Notes: generated by a model from the letters alone, not told the origin. DNA of 63,951 nt, filler included, from Rhabdomonas costata (GCA_019059605.1; 42 parts of 42 records of this genome joined end to end with filler, not necessarily neighbours in it); one strand, 5' to 3'; positions 24,839 through 38,134 are shown, counted from the whole stretch's first letter. Made by a program: numbers and translations.

Positions 24839-26208
24839 GTGGGTTTTGCCTGATTCGATTGCCACCGTTTCCACCCCTCTCCTCCATCCACGGTACAGGC
24901 CTACTGCCTACTACCCCTACGAGAGTCTCGTAGGTTGGGTATACTTGGAGGCGCGGTATCTGCCCCAATGTTGAACCGTAGTACTGGACTGGTATAGGTA
25001 ACCGTACCGAGGAATGAGGCTGGTATTTCGTCGGGCGTCGGCAACGTATATTCCGAACTTGAATAGCACTAAAACTGTGGGTGCTTTTATTTTGCGAACA
25101 ATGGAAGCTGGTCTGGTTTGAATAATGCTGATATGTCCATTCCATTTCCATCCTTAGGCTTTCAGGAAACTCCATTCATCTAATTCAACAGAAGGATATC
25201 AACAGAAGAACGGAGTCAAAACTCATTTGAGCTGCATACCGCATTCTGCGGGTGCATTCTAATCTGTGGAGATGCAGCTTTTCGAGTGAGTTCACCGCTT
25301 AGAAATGGCTCTGGAACAGAGTGCAAGTCTCAGATTGGAAGTCATTTGCTAAGAATGTCCCTCCGCTCCGTTATGCCGTACGGATCCTTTGACAGCCAAT
25401 TAGAAACTGCTCGTTGTTTTTCTTCTCACCAGTTTTCCAGGCCGCTATCAACAGCTCGGGCAAAATGGTTGCTGTTAAACATGTGCTCGTGGACACGAGG
25501 GTATCTTCGAACCCCCCCGCCCCCCCCCTGTGATGCCTCCGATGGATGCAGCCTGCTTTTTTTGGGTTCAGTGCTAACCCGCATCAGTGGTGATGCGCTG
25601 TTAGCAGAACAGAATGTCGCCCATCTGAACAATTCATCAGAACTCCAAAGCTGCGTGTCGCTTTTTTTTTCGCGTGAGCGCGCCAGATGTTGTTCACAAG
25701 CAAGAAATTTAATGTGGAGGAAGGTTAGAATCTTCCCAAGAATAACCCATCGGCAGTCACACTGACAATGCGTAGTCCTTCATTCTGATCGGGTGGGAGC
25801 GGACTTGTTTAGTGTGCGACAGTCTTTTGTATACNNNNNNNNNNNNNNNNNNNNNNNNNNNNNNNNNNNNNNNNNNNNTTAATTAATTAANNNNNNNNNN
25901 NNNNNNNNNNNNNNNNNNNNNNNNNNNNNNNNNNTTTTGCCATCATATTTCACCTTATATGACACTGGGTCGGCAATAAAAGCTGGATGGTCTGTAATAG
26001 CGTGTGAGGGCCCACCCACAGGCCTACCATCTTAGAACTTAGATTAACGAGAAGGTCCCCCTCCGTCGAAGGCAAGGGGTTTTAAAATGCTCTCAGCCAG
26101 GAAAACAACGCCAGAGACTCCCTTTAGACCTATACATCTTCCTCTCACCATTACAATCAACGCACAAGGATTGAAATAACCTGCGAACAGGAAATATCAA
26201 CAAGCGGC

Positions 26209-27358
26209 TCATACAGGTTTTGCTGAAAGAGTTAGGACAGTCAGCGACCACTCTTTCACAGCGTATTCAAACCGCTGCGGGGTCGGAACCGCAAGCCGAC
26301 TCCGCACAGGATGAACCCGCTGAGGATGCTCAAGGTCATTTCCAACGTTCCCAAAGGGCGCCCACAGCGTAGTCACCTCAACCATCGAGTCAAACTCTGG
26401 GAACCCATCCAGTTGAAAGGACAGGACCGAAGGCTCGTCCCTGTAGTTAATCACGTGAAGGTGCACAAGGACAAGTTCCTCAGACCCGGCTCTTCGGCGC
26501 TCCATTGAGGCCGTGAGGTTAAGGTAGCTGTCGTTTCTCCAGCGCGAGGGAAGCTGAACGGTTGTTCGCATGAGGTGTTGCCCCAAAGTCTGGCTCAGAA
26601 TTTGCTGGACATAGTACGAGGGAAGCACGTACAGCGAAGAGCTGTTAAAGTTGATCATGTTGTACCCCCACTGCGTGCCATTCACGTTGTTAAAGAGTGG
26701 GGCGAAGGAGGAGGCCTTCACAATATCCCCATTTCGCATCAAGCCCAGCAGAAAGAGGCCTTCAGCGAGGGCACCCTGAATGCCCTCTTCTGGACTCTGC
26801 GCGGCGTATTCCCCGAAATAGGCCTCGGGGAGCGTCCGGTCGTAGGTGTTGAAGAAATTCCACATTGCAGCCATGTCCCTTTTGTCAGTGGCGGAAACAG
26901 AAGTAAATCTAAGGCAGTCCACTCACTAGTTAGTGTAAAGAGGTCAAGCGGAACTGCGCAAACGCCAATACCTTGTATTTCTTTTTTGGAAAAAAAAAAG
27001 CAAACCCCACACGTCAGCAGTGTCAGCTCACTATAAACCAACCGACACAAAGTCTTCCAAAGTCTTCCATCCAAAGAGGGTCGCTTCAACCGCGCGTTGG
27101 GATAACAAAGCTCCATAAACTGGCAAGGAAAAAACTTGCAACACTTGCAAAAGGCACTGGGAAAATCAAACCAGCGCAAAAAGACAATTGGTGTTCACCC
27201 ACACGCCGATACAAGTCATACTTAGGAGATCGGTAGGCATGGTAATCCCAGACGTCGCAGCGAAGCCCCTCCAGGCAAGGAGAGCCTTTCACGGACGACC
27301 CCCAAGGCCCAGACGCGATGATCGTCATCTGGGGATACCTTGCCCAAATTGCAGAGCT
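26209..27358 (-). CDS. Alpha-L-arabinofuranosidase (GH51), C-terminal half; intron 27221-26879; TGA stop at 26209
   Basis: ARYPQMTIIAS..WDYHAYRSP(K)..FNTYDR..YFGEYAA..GALAEGLFLLGLMRNGDIVKASSFAPLFNNVN..QW..NMINF..PSYYVQQ, followed by the GH51 C-terminal beta-sandwich. Confidence 0.92.
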
Positions 27359-27601
27359 NNNNNNNNNNNNNNNNNNNNNNNNNNNNNNNNNNNNNNNNNN
27401 NNTTAATTAATTAANNNNNNNNNNNNNNNNNNNNNNNNNNNNNNNNNNNNNNNNNNNNGGTTTTGTGGATCAATTGGGACAACATTAGTATAGGGGCGAA
27501 GCCAGCTCCCCCCGGCTTCCATTGAACCAGTGCACCAGCGAAGACCTGGTTAACTCGACAGGATCGGCCTTTCAAGCCGCGTGTATGTGTTTGCTCCCTA
27601 G

Positions 27602-28020
27602 GCTCTGGCGTGCGATCCTTTCCTCGGGGCCCTTTGCGGAGTTGGGGTGGCGGGTCCACGAGGTCGAGGATGGGGAGACCGCACTGCAGTTCGTCATCGA
27701 GGTCCTTCCCTGCTTGTCATGCTTGACCCAGATCACGCCTGGCCCACGCTGTTTGCTTGCTTTGATTTCCTTTGGGCGCAGGTTCTGTTGCCATACTGCA
27801 AACCACTGTTTGACTTCTGATTAACAAACATAGTTCTCCCTGCATTCGGCATTTTGTACCTGCTGTGGAGACTATTTTATTGGACAGACAACCTTTACCG
27901 TTCTGGTTCCAAGTTCGCATATCTTCTGTTGGTTGTGCTAGGGTACTCTGTTGCTCTCAGGATGGTAAGGTGTACGATGTCATCATTCTTGACCAACACC
28001 TGGGCGAAGGCCGAAAGCTG
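27602..28020 (+). CDS. Response-regulator receiver domain (hybrid histidine kinase type), exons 27602-27701, 27961-28020
   Basis: Spliced product WRVHEVEDGETALQFVIE-DGKVYDVIILDQHLG, with the phospho-acceptor Asp in the IILD motif. Confidence 0.8.
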
Positions 28021-28497
28021 GTCTCATCCTTCGTACTTGTGACTGTCCCTGTTCTATGGCCTGGATGCTTTTGATTCGCTTGTAACCAATCACCAATGCT
28101 ATACATTGCTGTGGGTGGTGTGACAGACTTGGCAAAAGAATGGCTCAGTTGGTGTTTGGGAGAAGCTTCGCCCACATCTGTTTGCCCGCTACGGTTGACC
28201 CGAATTCGATTTAGTATCAAAGAGGAACAGAAATCAAGGGGAGAGGAGCCTTTTTACAGTTCTTTCTCTTATCGCTGTCCTGGGAGCTCTACCAGGTGGG
28301 CCTCTAGCCACTTCACCCAACCTCCGGAACCTCACCAATCGTCGGGGGCCTCATCGGAAATGGGGGGGGGGGGTAGGACTACTTACTTCGGCCCATAACC
28401 TCGCCCTATTCACTGGCATCCGCCGACCGGAGACCTAACATTGACCTCTACTCGAGCTGGAGTGACGGGTTGGTGTTCAGATTTGGTGATATGGTTG

Positions 28498-28805
28498 CAC
28501 TCCTGAGGTGAGTTGGTTAGCCTCCCGGCCTCGGACTCCTTCTCTACGCCTAGATAAGGTCCTATTTTGGCCCTTTTCAGGGCATTTTCGACTACGACGA
28601 TTTTCAAAGGCCCGGGGTGCATTTTTGGACCTTTTCGGGCCTATATACTGAGCCTAAGCTCGGCCGGGCCTGCTTAGCATACCTAAGGGTAGAGCCCAGG
28701 AGTACTTCAGGCTGGCACCGGAGTGGGCCGGAATGCCATTTAGGGGCCATTTTGGGTGTTTTTGGGCCCTTTTTGCATTTACACAGGCTTGGAAGGACCA
28801 TTTGC
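28498..28805 (+). repeat. Dispersed repeat family, copy 1 (shared with 61037-61440)
   Basis: Shared blocks include actcctgag.tgagttggtt, cccggcctcggactccttctcta, tactgagcctaagct..ccgggcctgcttagcata, gggtagagcccaggagtactt and ctggcaccggagt. Confidence 0.88.
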
Positions 28806-28988
28806 TTTTGCACTGGCTTTACATCTGGCTTGGGCTTTATTAAGAGAAAGAACTGTAGGCTGCCACACCGTCCACCCACCTAANNNNNNNNNNNNNNNNN
28901 NNNNNNNNNNNNNNNNNNNNNNNNNNNTTAATTAATTAANNNNNNNNNNNNNNNNNNNNNNNNNNNNNNNNNNNNNNNNNNNNTGTGT

Positions 28989-29353
28989 GGGGGGTTAACG
29001 GTTACCAGTGGTAACAATTTTTACTATGGGAGCATATTTTAAAAAAAGTTGTTTAAGGGCCCCCAGGCCACGTCCCAGCCGCCCGCTCCGGCCGCGGCGC
29101 TGACTGTCCTTCGCCCCTCTACTATTGCTGTCCAACTCGTCCGCCCATATCCCAGCCATGGGCGAGTCCTTAGCCAGCAGTAGTTTTCAGCTGCTAAGCA
29201 AAAACAATCATCCAGGGGGCACTGGCAATGCTTACGTAACCCCCTTACACAAAAATAAATCATCAAGTCATTTCGAGACTGCAGGCATACTTTACATCAC
29301 CAAAAAAAAAAAGCCAGTTTTCCAGTGGTAACCATTACCACTCCCCCCTCCCC
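28989..29353. mobile_element. Candidate MITE with imperfect terminal inverted repeats
   Basis: Left end ggggggttaacggttaccagtggtaac versus reverse complement of right end ggggggagtggtaatggttaccactggaaaac; the same motif occurs at 16655-16676 on another contig. Confidence 0.5.
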
Positions 29354-30531
29354 GGGCCGTGTCTTGGGCTTGCATTGGCGACAGCGCAAAAGTGTGTTCA
29401 GTCGACGAGTGAGAATGGAATAGTGCTTTTTTGGAGGCTGCTGGATCACGTGGAACATCACGTATGCGCATGCCAGTCTCTCCAACCGGACTCAGATGGG
29501 GTCAAATGAGAATTGCGTTAGGACTTGGAGTGGCCTGAACCGTGACGAAAAGATTGGCCTTCAGCATCCGTCGTAACACCCGCCCTCGGTGCGTTCCTGT
29601 AGAATCACAGAGAGCGAGAAGGTCTTCCCTTCATTGACCACTGCTGACGCTACGAGTACCCTTGGTATTCTTCTGGGCTCCTGTAAAATGCTTACGTTTT
29701 AGTGGGAGTCGTTTTATGCGTTTGACGACTGCGCTGCGCATATCGGTCCGTGTTTAAAACTCATGACCTCATGACTATTTTCCCCCTCCTTCGCTCTGTG
29801 ACCCAACACATCATTGAAGATACGCTGGGGTGAGATGCATCCCCACTCTAAAGCCCCTTCTAAAGCCCCATTTGGTCACTTGTTTCCTTAACATATGTAT
29901 GTGTGGTGCGTGCCATAGTTGCAGAGAGCTTCAGCGTGGATGACACTTCGCAAGCTGCAAAGGAAACCTCTGTGTTGTTATTTGTGCCTACGACTGTTTT
30001 TGACTTTTTTCTGGGAGGAGGAGGAGGGGAGGTGCCTTTAGTTTATATGATGTCATTTCATGTGCAGAACTACTTCCCGCTGGCCACGCTTTCTGGGGCT
30101 GCCCAGGCCATGGTTGAGGTGCCCTTCCAGGAGTTCCTGAACATGTGCGTCACCGGACCCTTCCGAGACCTTGGCAAAGACACCCCAGAGGTAGAGTAGA
30201 GCATAGTATAGTAGAGCAGGGCAGTACAGCAGGCTACAACTAACAAACACACCTGTGCCCAATTCAAAGAAGTGAATCATCTTGAATCAACCACAGCACA
30301 TCACAGGATGTCGTGAAGGTTAGAGGCACCCATTAAGGCTAAAAAGACTTCTTCTTCGAAATGTCACACATTAATTTTCCGTTTCCGGGTGTTACTCGGC
30401 TTGCAAGGNNNNNNNNNNNNNNNNNNNNNNNNNNNNNNNNNNNNNNNNNNNNTTAATTAATTAANNNNNNNNNNNNNNNNNNNNNNNNNNNNNNNNNNNN
30501 NNNNNNNNTGTTTTTTTTGTCTCCTCGCCAG

Positions 30532-30782
30532 AGTCCTACGCCCCCGTTATGCTCGGGCTCGTGATGATCTTCTTTGGAGGCACTTACATGACCACTTTTG
30601 CGGCAGTGGAGGCCTACCGTCTTACGGGCTGGGACCGCACAAAAGCGGCCCTAATCTCTTTGTTCGAGAACCTCTCCCGTGCCGCTGCGGCAATTGCGGA
30701 GGAGCGACAGCGTGATCCCCGGCGACCGCCCCCCGACGCCCGCCTGAAATGGGAGATTGCGCTAAAGAACATCGACCCCGAG
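30532..30782 (+). CDS. Conserved uncharacterised protist membrane protein exon
   Basis: LGLVMIFFGGTYMTTFAAVEAYRLTGW..ALKNIDPE; AG/GT boundaries and coding-like composition. Confidence 0.6.
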
Positions 30783-32330
30783 GTTCTTCCTCCGCTCCTT
30801 TTTACCCACCCACCCACACAGCGTTACCTCAGTAACACCACCGCATTGTGGACCCCTTTGATGCTGAGGAGCACATTGGGACGAAAAAGGTCCTTCCTCC
30901 TACCTCACCTCAGGTGTGCTTGATGGAAACCAGCGTGCGGGAAACATGTGGGCCGTTTCCCTCTGAGGCCAATTGAACACAGACAAGGTTCATAGCCACA
31001 GCCGCAGATGTCATGGGGCTGCAGGTGGGATGAATTTCGTACCTTTCATTTGGTGAGTGCCGCACATTGCGGTACAAGCGCCTTGTGACTTGACGGGCAC
31101 CTGGGGAAGCGGTGCTTGTGTGTTTGTGCTGTGGTCGCTCCATCCGAGTTCGCGGGCGACCCCCCGTACAAAAATGAATATAGTATTCTCATTCTCCATG
31201 ACCCGAGCCTTCTTCTCTTTTCCTTCATGTTTTTCGCATTATTGCCTCCCGATGTGTGCCTCCAAAGAAGATCATCACGAGCCCGAGCATAATGGGGGCG
31301 TAGGACTCTGGCGAGGAGACAAAAAAACGTGAAACAGCGGGGGACACTTTGCTGGAACACGCTAGACTAGCGATATTATAACATCCCCCTGGTCAACTCC
31401 GCAAAAGGATGCCATCCCATCCACACAAATTAGAGTGTGAGGCTTTGCCTACTGTGGCACTTGAGGCACTCCGCACCGGTGCTTCAATTTTAATCTTATC
31501 AGGCCTGCAACATCTCTTTCAGGCAACTGTCCGAAGGCCTTTTCCATTTCCATGATCCGTTCCCCCCACCTCCCACCCACTTAACCCAACAACAAGTGAT
31601 TATTCTCGTTTTAGTCAAGGGCCTGCATCGGCTTAGCCATCCTCTCAAAAATACGCAGCACACTCATAAAAGTTCTAGTGAACGTCTGATACCATAATGG
31701 TGTGTAATTATGTCATCTGTGCAGCCCATGAAGCACACGCTGAAGCTATACAATGGATATGCAAGGTTTTCTTTCCGATAAACTCGGTCCCTTGTCCTGA
31801 TCCTCTGCTGGTGCGTTCACATAAATGGTTCTGTGCCCTCCGTCCCCTTACGCTGCTCCTCTGCCTCACTGGCGCGGTGCTGCCGCAGTTCCCCCACTTC
31901 CCCCAACTGATAACGGTCGCTTGCCAACCCACANNNNNNNNNNNNNNNNNNNNNNNNNNNNNNNNNNNNNNNNNNNNTTAATTAATTAANNNNNNNNNNN
32001 NNNNNNNNNNNNNNNNNNNNNNNNNNNNNNNNNGTTGTTTGTGTGATTGTTTTCGAGTTCCACACCGCACGTGCGAAGGCAAGAAAAAAGGGGAACTTTT
32101 TCAGTGAAATGAATCTGCACATCACGGCAACAGCGAAGAGCGTCATGCGCAGTGGGTTTCTTTCCCAGTCCTCACGCAAGAACGTTGCAAAATAAGGCAC
32201 GCCTTTGAATGATTGAAACGAACGATGGTCTTCTGATTGGGTTTGGTCGGTCTCCTGAAATTTTGCGTCCCTGTTGATGCGCTGATGGTGAGTTATCTTT
32301 GCTTATGGTCGATGTCTGGATGCTCAAAAG

Positions 32331-32751
32331 GCTGCTTTGTCGGCTGGTGCTGGGGTCGCCGCACTTCGCTAAGCAGTTCCTCTCCAGCGGAGGCCTCAGC
32401 GGGGATCGTCTCAGGGTGATGCTCAACCCTCACAGCGAAAGCACTCTACTGGTTTGTGCTTCGCGGCGGCTTGGCATCATGCACTGTCCTTTGGACTTCT
32501 CCTTCACGCTTGCTGCTTCTGTTACCCAGTGATGTGAGGTTCTGTACGACATTGAAGGACAGAAGCAGCGAAAGCACAGTTGCGTGCCACTTCCTTGCAG
32601 GTCACCGACGCGCTGAACATTCTTGGCCAGTTGGCCCGCCTTTCCAAGGACAACTACCCGCTGAACCACCAACCCAACATCTACAGCCAGCTGCACGCGC
32701 TGATATTCCACTCTGGGGCGGAGGTTCGAGCCAAAGTCTGCAACGTCCTGG
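32331..32751 (+). CDS. STK36: Fused/STK36-like kinase C-terminal armadillo/HEAT region, exons 32331-32451, 32601-32751
   Basis: LLCRLVLGSPHFAKQF..GGL..LLVTDALNILGQLARLSKDNY..L..LIFH....VRAKVCNVLG matches the Fused C-terminal repeat region. Confidence 0.75.
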
Positions 32752-33584
32752 GTATCCCTTACTCCTGATTTTTTTGCCCTCAGATTCTCGTCCAATCGAA
32801 AAAAGTGGGTCCTTTCGATGCGCCAGAACTTTCCCATTCATTATGCGTTTACACGGCTGATGATTTTATGTGCTCGCTAGCTAAGGGGAAACGGTTTGCT
32901 CCGCAGGATTACGGTTTTACGCCAATTTTTCTTGGATCACCCCAGAACCCTGCGGCTGAGTGAACCTCGGAGTGTGTCGAATGTCCTGTGGTACAGTGGG
33001 CTCCTCCTGCCTTTTGTGTACCAGTTTTCCACGTAACTCTGCTGACTTATTTTCCTGTAACAGCTTTTTTCCTGTCCCTCTTCCCCCTCCCCCTTGCCTT
33101 GCGTTCTCTCATTTCTTCCATGCGCTCTCATTTTAGCGCATGCTTCTTTTATTTATTCTGCGCAACCAGCTGAGCGCGAGAGCCTGGACAATCAAACCTG
33201 TTTGATTATTGTTCTTCATGGGTCTTCCTGGCTTCTGATATCTTTCTAATAACCTCGTCACCTTCCTGTTAGTTTTTCCATCGTTGTTCAGCACGAGCTC
33301 GAAGTCCGCACGTAAAGACCTCCAGCGCCCAAGAACAGTGCACACGGGTCTGCACGCAATTTCAGTTGTTCTAAACTGTTGTGAACAGACCCGTGTGCAC
33401 TGTTCTTGGGCGCTGGAGGTCTTTACGTGCGGACTTCGAGCTCGTGCTGAACAACAACCNNNNNNNNNNNNNNNNNNNNNNNNNNNNNNNNNNNNNNNNN
33501 NNNTTAATTAATTAANNNNNNNNNNNNNNNNNNNNNNNNNNNNNNNNNNNNNNNNNNNNGGTGTTGTGGTGGTGTGCCGTGCAG

Positions 33585-34945
33585 GCGTGCGAGCTGGCGG
33601 TGAAGATCATGCGGGCCTCAACGAGCTCCCCATTTAGGCTTAGCGTGGGAATCGTGCACGGCCATGGGATGTACACGTCCATTGGTTGTGAAGCCCTGTC
33701 GGTGTTCTCGGTGTGCCTTGTTTGTTTGCCTGCGTCGGATAATGGGAGCTGACCGATCTCTCCAATTTATTCTGCGTGCCCGCTTATTTTTGTTAGCGTC
33801 TCAAAAAAAATCACTCATATGGATCAACTGGTTTATCAATGGTTTAGAGTATTCTGAATTTAGGCATGCGTTTTTTTTTGGTTTCCTCTGTTTCTCCAAT
33901 GGGAAGGAGATTTTCCGCGACATGACGTCGCTGACTGATTTGCAGTAACTTTGCTCTTGCGTGGTAAATTTTTTGAACCACGTACCCCAAAAATTTCAGT
34001 TTTTGGCCTCGCGGACATTGCTGAATTTTTAGCTCAAAAACGCTATAAATAGCGTTTTTTAACTATATAACGAAGTAGACATCGAGTCCAGCCCGGTACA
34101 GGTGACCTTACCCACCCCAGGGAGAGGTTCAGACAGATGACTCGGAATAAAGAACGGCCCACCAACGACGGACTTGTTGCGCACGTAACCCGAAGCGCCC
34201 CCCCTCCCCAAAACAAAAAACACAAAAACTGCAAGAATGGTGACAGAGTTGTACCAGTCTGTTCGAGAGAGTCCTCCAGGGACTCTCCACACAGGCACAC
34301 GGCCCCACAGCCACAGCTGAGGCTCAAGGAGACAGCAGACGGTCCAGCGCCAGCAGCAGCCCTCGCCGCTGCAGGGGGCGGGGTATCGACGACAAAAAGT
34401 TCTGATTGGCCCCAGGGGTTAATCTCTCAGATTCTCTGCTCTTTGCAACATTCCACCCGTGTTCGCAAAGGTTTTGGGCCCGCTGGTGGCCCAGGCGCAG
34501 CTCTTGCAGGAAATGAACGAGCACTACTGCACTCGGATTATTGTTGGTGCGTGTGTCTGGACTCTGTTTTGAGTCAACCACTCTTTTAGAGGGCTTTGGC
34601 GCCAACAACGCTCCTACCAAGACATGTTCGAGGATGCTGCATCCGACCGTTACCTTCACCGATTTTCTGGCTGTTTCGCACCATTCATTGCCCAAGCCCT
34701 ACTGCGACTTCTGAGTCCTTCCTCCACTTGGACTGTACGTTGCCCGTCAGAACTTTTATATTCTTATCAAGGAGTGGTCTGCGGTCTTGTTCTCTTTGTC
34801 GTTTATCATCACTTGTTCCGGGGGACGGGTGCAGATGAAGGTGTTCGCGAGAGTGGTCCCCGTGACGCGCTGTTCCTGCTGGATATGGTGCACAGCTCGC
34901 TCTGGGAGACCCCCACCGTGCCACTGTACCAGCTCGTCCCTGAGG
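33585..34945 (+). CDS. Degenerate class III nucleotide cyclase domain, exons 33585-33710, 34471-34546, 34835-~34945
   Basis: Spliced product FRLSVGIVHGHGMYTSIGCEALSVFS-VLGPLVAQAQLLQEMNEHYCTRIIV-DEGV..LLDMV..PLYQL follows the cyclase motif order, and phases are consistent. Confidence 0.7.
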
Positions 34946-36695
34946 CTCTGGTACAGTGGCACGGTGGGGGTCTCCCAAACCAACNNNNNNNNNNNNNNNN
35001 NNNNNNNNNNNNNNNNNNNNNNNNNNNNTTAATTAATTAANNNNNNNNNNNNNNNNNNNNNNNNNNNNNNNNNNNNNNNNNNNNGGGTTTGTGGTGAGGG
35101 GTTGAGTGGCCGTACCCTTTCCTTTGCAGCTTGACAATGGGATTCCCATTTTGTCCTGGCGGTGCCACCCCGACGACAGGTCGGTTTTGGTGCGGTCATC
35201 GTAGTTACTCCCCCTTCAAACAACTAGGTACCCATTCAACGCAATCCGTAGGGCATGCAATTCCGTTAACTGCGGAAAGATGCGGTTGGCTATGGCATTA
35301 AGGCTGAAGTGTTAAAGAACTTAAAGACGACCGAAATGGAAAGGAGATGTCATGAAAAGGGCACGGGTTGTCAATGTGTGAGGAGAGCGATTGTAAAGAT
35401 GTTGTAATGGGGCAGGAGTGAGAACTGAACTTGTGTAGCCGAAGTGGTCGTTTTTTTTCATTGTCAGGAGTTTCGCTTTGAGATGGGTACAGGTGGGCTG
35501 CAATAGGCAATAGGTCACCCCAAGTTACCACAAATTACCCTGCTCTCCGTCCACGCGCCCTGCCGTTGCTGACGCTGTTGCCATTCTTTTCTACGTTTTG
35601 TCATATGCGTGCTCTTTTGCTATGCACCCGTCTTGATGTGCACCAAAAGGGAGCTGTTCAAAATCTGCCACCTTCTGGATGAACTGGCCACCGCCCCAGA
35701 CGTGCGGCCCATTCTACGGCAGAGGTTCCTGCTGCGCGACGAAGTCGCACGCAGTCAGTCGATTTTTAATTGGGGTCCTGTCAGGTTCATATCGGATCTC
35801 TTTGCACGATCTCGTTCACCGAGTGGTCTTGCATGGCATTCTTTTTGCTTGTGTGGCGTGCATCCGGCGACGTACCTCTCTCCTGCTCTTCGTTTCCTGC
35901 ATCAGTGCACTTCTCCCGGGCACTTTCTGAGGCGAAATTCGCATTCGCTCCGATGGTTCATGGCGATGGGGTGTTCGCTCGGTTGTGTGATGCTCTGCAC
36001 CGTGTTTGGTTCCTTGCTGCTCCCCACACCACCTACGCACTCCCACCCAGACTTTCCGTTGGCGTTTTCACTTGTTCTTTAGTATTTCACGTGCCTCGGA
36101 TGCTCCAGCGTTTCGTGATTAGGCCCAGCTCGAAACCCTAGCGGCTGGGCGTTCTCTGTTTTTGGCGAATTTCCATCAAATGGAGAAGGATGAAAGTGAA
36201 ATCTGATCTCCCTCTGTTCTCTCCCATTGAGAAGGGGTGGGTTTCTATTCTCATGTTTGTGTGTGTGCCGGACTTTGCTGGCGAGCCAGGGTGCCTGCTT
36301 TTGAGCAGGCTTGGTCGGTGGTCCAGACGTCTGCGGTTGGTGGGGAAGCTGGGTGCCGCTTGTCCTCCAATCAAAACCCTTGGCGAAAATGGCCGTAGCC
36401 ATCGCAATCTGCGCAGGAACGATTGCAACAAATTGCTGGTTGAACCTTTTTTCATGGATCATGAACCAGAGTTCGTCGACAATGGAACCGCGGACCGTCC
36501 AAAAAAACANNNNNNNNNNNNNNNNNNNNNNNNNNNNNNNNNNNNNNNNNNNNTTAATTAATTAANNNNNNNNNNNNNNNNNNNNNNNNNNNNNNNNNNN
36601 NNNNNNNNNGGTGGGTGTTCGATGGCGGAGGACACGGCAGCGTGTATGCGTATGTATGTTTGCGCGTGCTTCCCAGAGTAACGCAAGCAGTGCAC

Positions 36696-37983
36696 CAAGG
36701 TTCCGTGGCTGCTGCGGTCGCTGGGGACGTCCGGGATGGACGTTCCGGCTGGGATGGTGGTGGTGGCCGAGCGCTCCGTGCAACTGCTGCGACCGCTACG
36801 GCTCGTCCTCCTTCCCGAGCTGACCCACCCCCCACCAGAGAGGGGGGATGCTACCCTCGGCTGTCTGGAATGAGAATGCTTTAATACCATTGTCCGCTTA
36901 GCCGCCAAAGATATGCGCGTGGCATTGGGACACTGATTTACTGTGGTGGTATGAATAAGCAATAATATGCCGTTACTACTGTTTCCTTTTGACTCAATAT
37001 TACAGGAGGGTTCGCGTTGAAGCTGCGAATAATTTTGTTGGGAAACAACTTCATAGTGTGATTTATGATAGAACTGCTGATCAGATGAGAGCATTCCTGA
37101 CAGGGTCGAAACATGAAAAAACAACCTGCTCCCTTTGTGGCATTGACGTTTCCCCAGTCTTTAACACTGGATCCAAAAATCTCACTTTTAACGTGAAGCG
37201 GGCCTTGCAAAATGGAACGGGTGGACAGAGGGCGGAGGAGGACCTGACCACGGTGACCCCCATTTCCGCCAGTTGCGCCGACAGGTTCGCCTCCTCCTCA
37301 GGTTCCTCTTCTGACTCCCCACGCACCAGCGACAGCACGGTCGCCGGGAGGTACGGCAGGTACAGCTGCAGGTTGGCCACAAGGCTCTGTTGGGTGGGGT
37401 TGGGCGGGTGGATCCACGAGAAATCAGAAGGGTCCAAAATTAGGCATGGACACGTGAGCGTTTGGCACCAGAGTTAATTATCGTGTGGCCACACTATAAT
37501 TTACGTATGGTAAGTTACACTCGAAAAATAGAATGCAAGCGAAAAAAAAAAGAAGCGTTTGGAGGCTGGCGTCTCTTGATTGCGTCAAAACATCAGCGTT
37601 GCAAAAATAAGGGCACAACGCCAGCGATGGATCAATATTACCCGCAACAGCGAAATGACTCGCTAATTGTTGCACTCAACCAAATCTGTCGCCCATAAGG
37701 CAATTTTATTCCTCTCAGCAATTGTACAACCCTCACTTTTGAGGTGGCACTGGCAACATAATTTTGACAGGAATCGAAAAACCACGAATCACTCAAGGCC
37801 ATTTCACAGGAGGACATCACCGAGTCATCGTTGCAATCGACTTGGCACCCGCAGCAGTGCAGTCCTCTGGCATTTCCATAAATGCCCCCCCGCCCATCCT
37901 ATAGGGTGGGGTACCTGCAAGCTGCTGGTGAGGGAGCCGTCACAGTCCTCAAAGAGCTCCTCGATGTTGTCCAGGTTCATGGC
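36696..37983 (-). CDS. Pre-cyclase linker region of a receptor-type cyclase-like protein, exons 37983-37915, 37386-37244, 36819-36696
   Basis: AMNLDNIEELF..SSLQ-SLVANLQLYLPYLPATVL resembles the HAMP-end/'L..Y+PYLP' motif that precedes protist class III cyclase domains; phases are consistent. Confidence 0.6.
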
Positions 37984-38134
37984 CTGAGGCGTGCATAACG
38001 GGAACAGAGACACACATAGCGTCTCCACACCACCNNNNNNNNNNNNNNNNNNNNNNNNNNNNNNNNNNNNNNNNNNNNTTAATTAATTAANNNNNNNNNN
38101 NNNNNNNNNNNNNNNNNNNNNNNNNNNNNNNNNN

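Noticed and set aside
31255-31328. Inverted copy of the acceptor and exon start at 30512-30592
   Set aside because: Best explained as an inversion chimera: the right part of the contig looks like the upstream intron on the opposite strand.
35922-35931. ACTTTCTGAG as a euglenid spliced-leader gene
   Set aside because: Only 10 nt match; the rest of the leader and the GT donor are absent.
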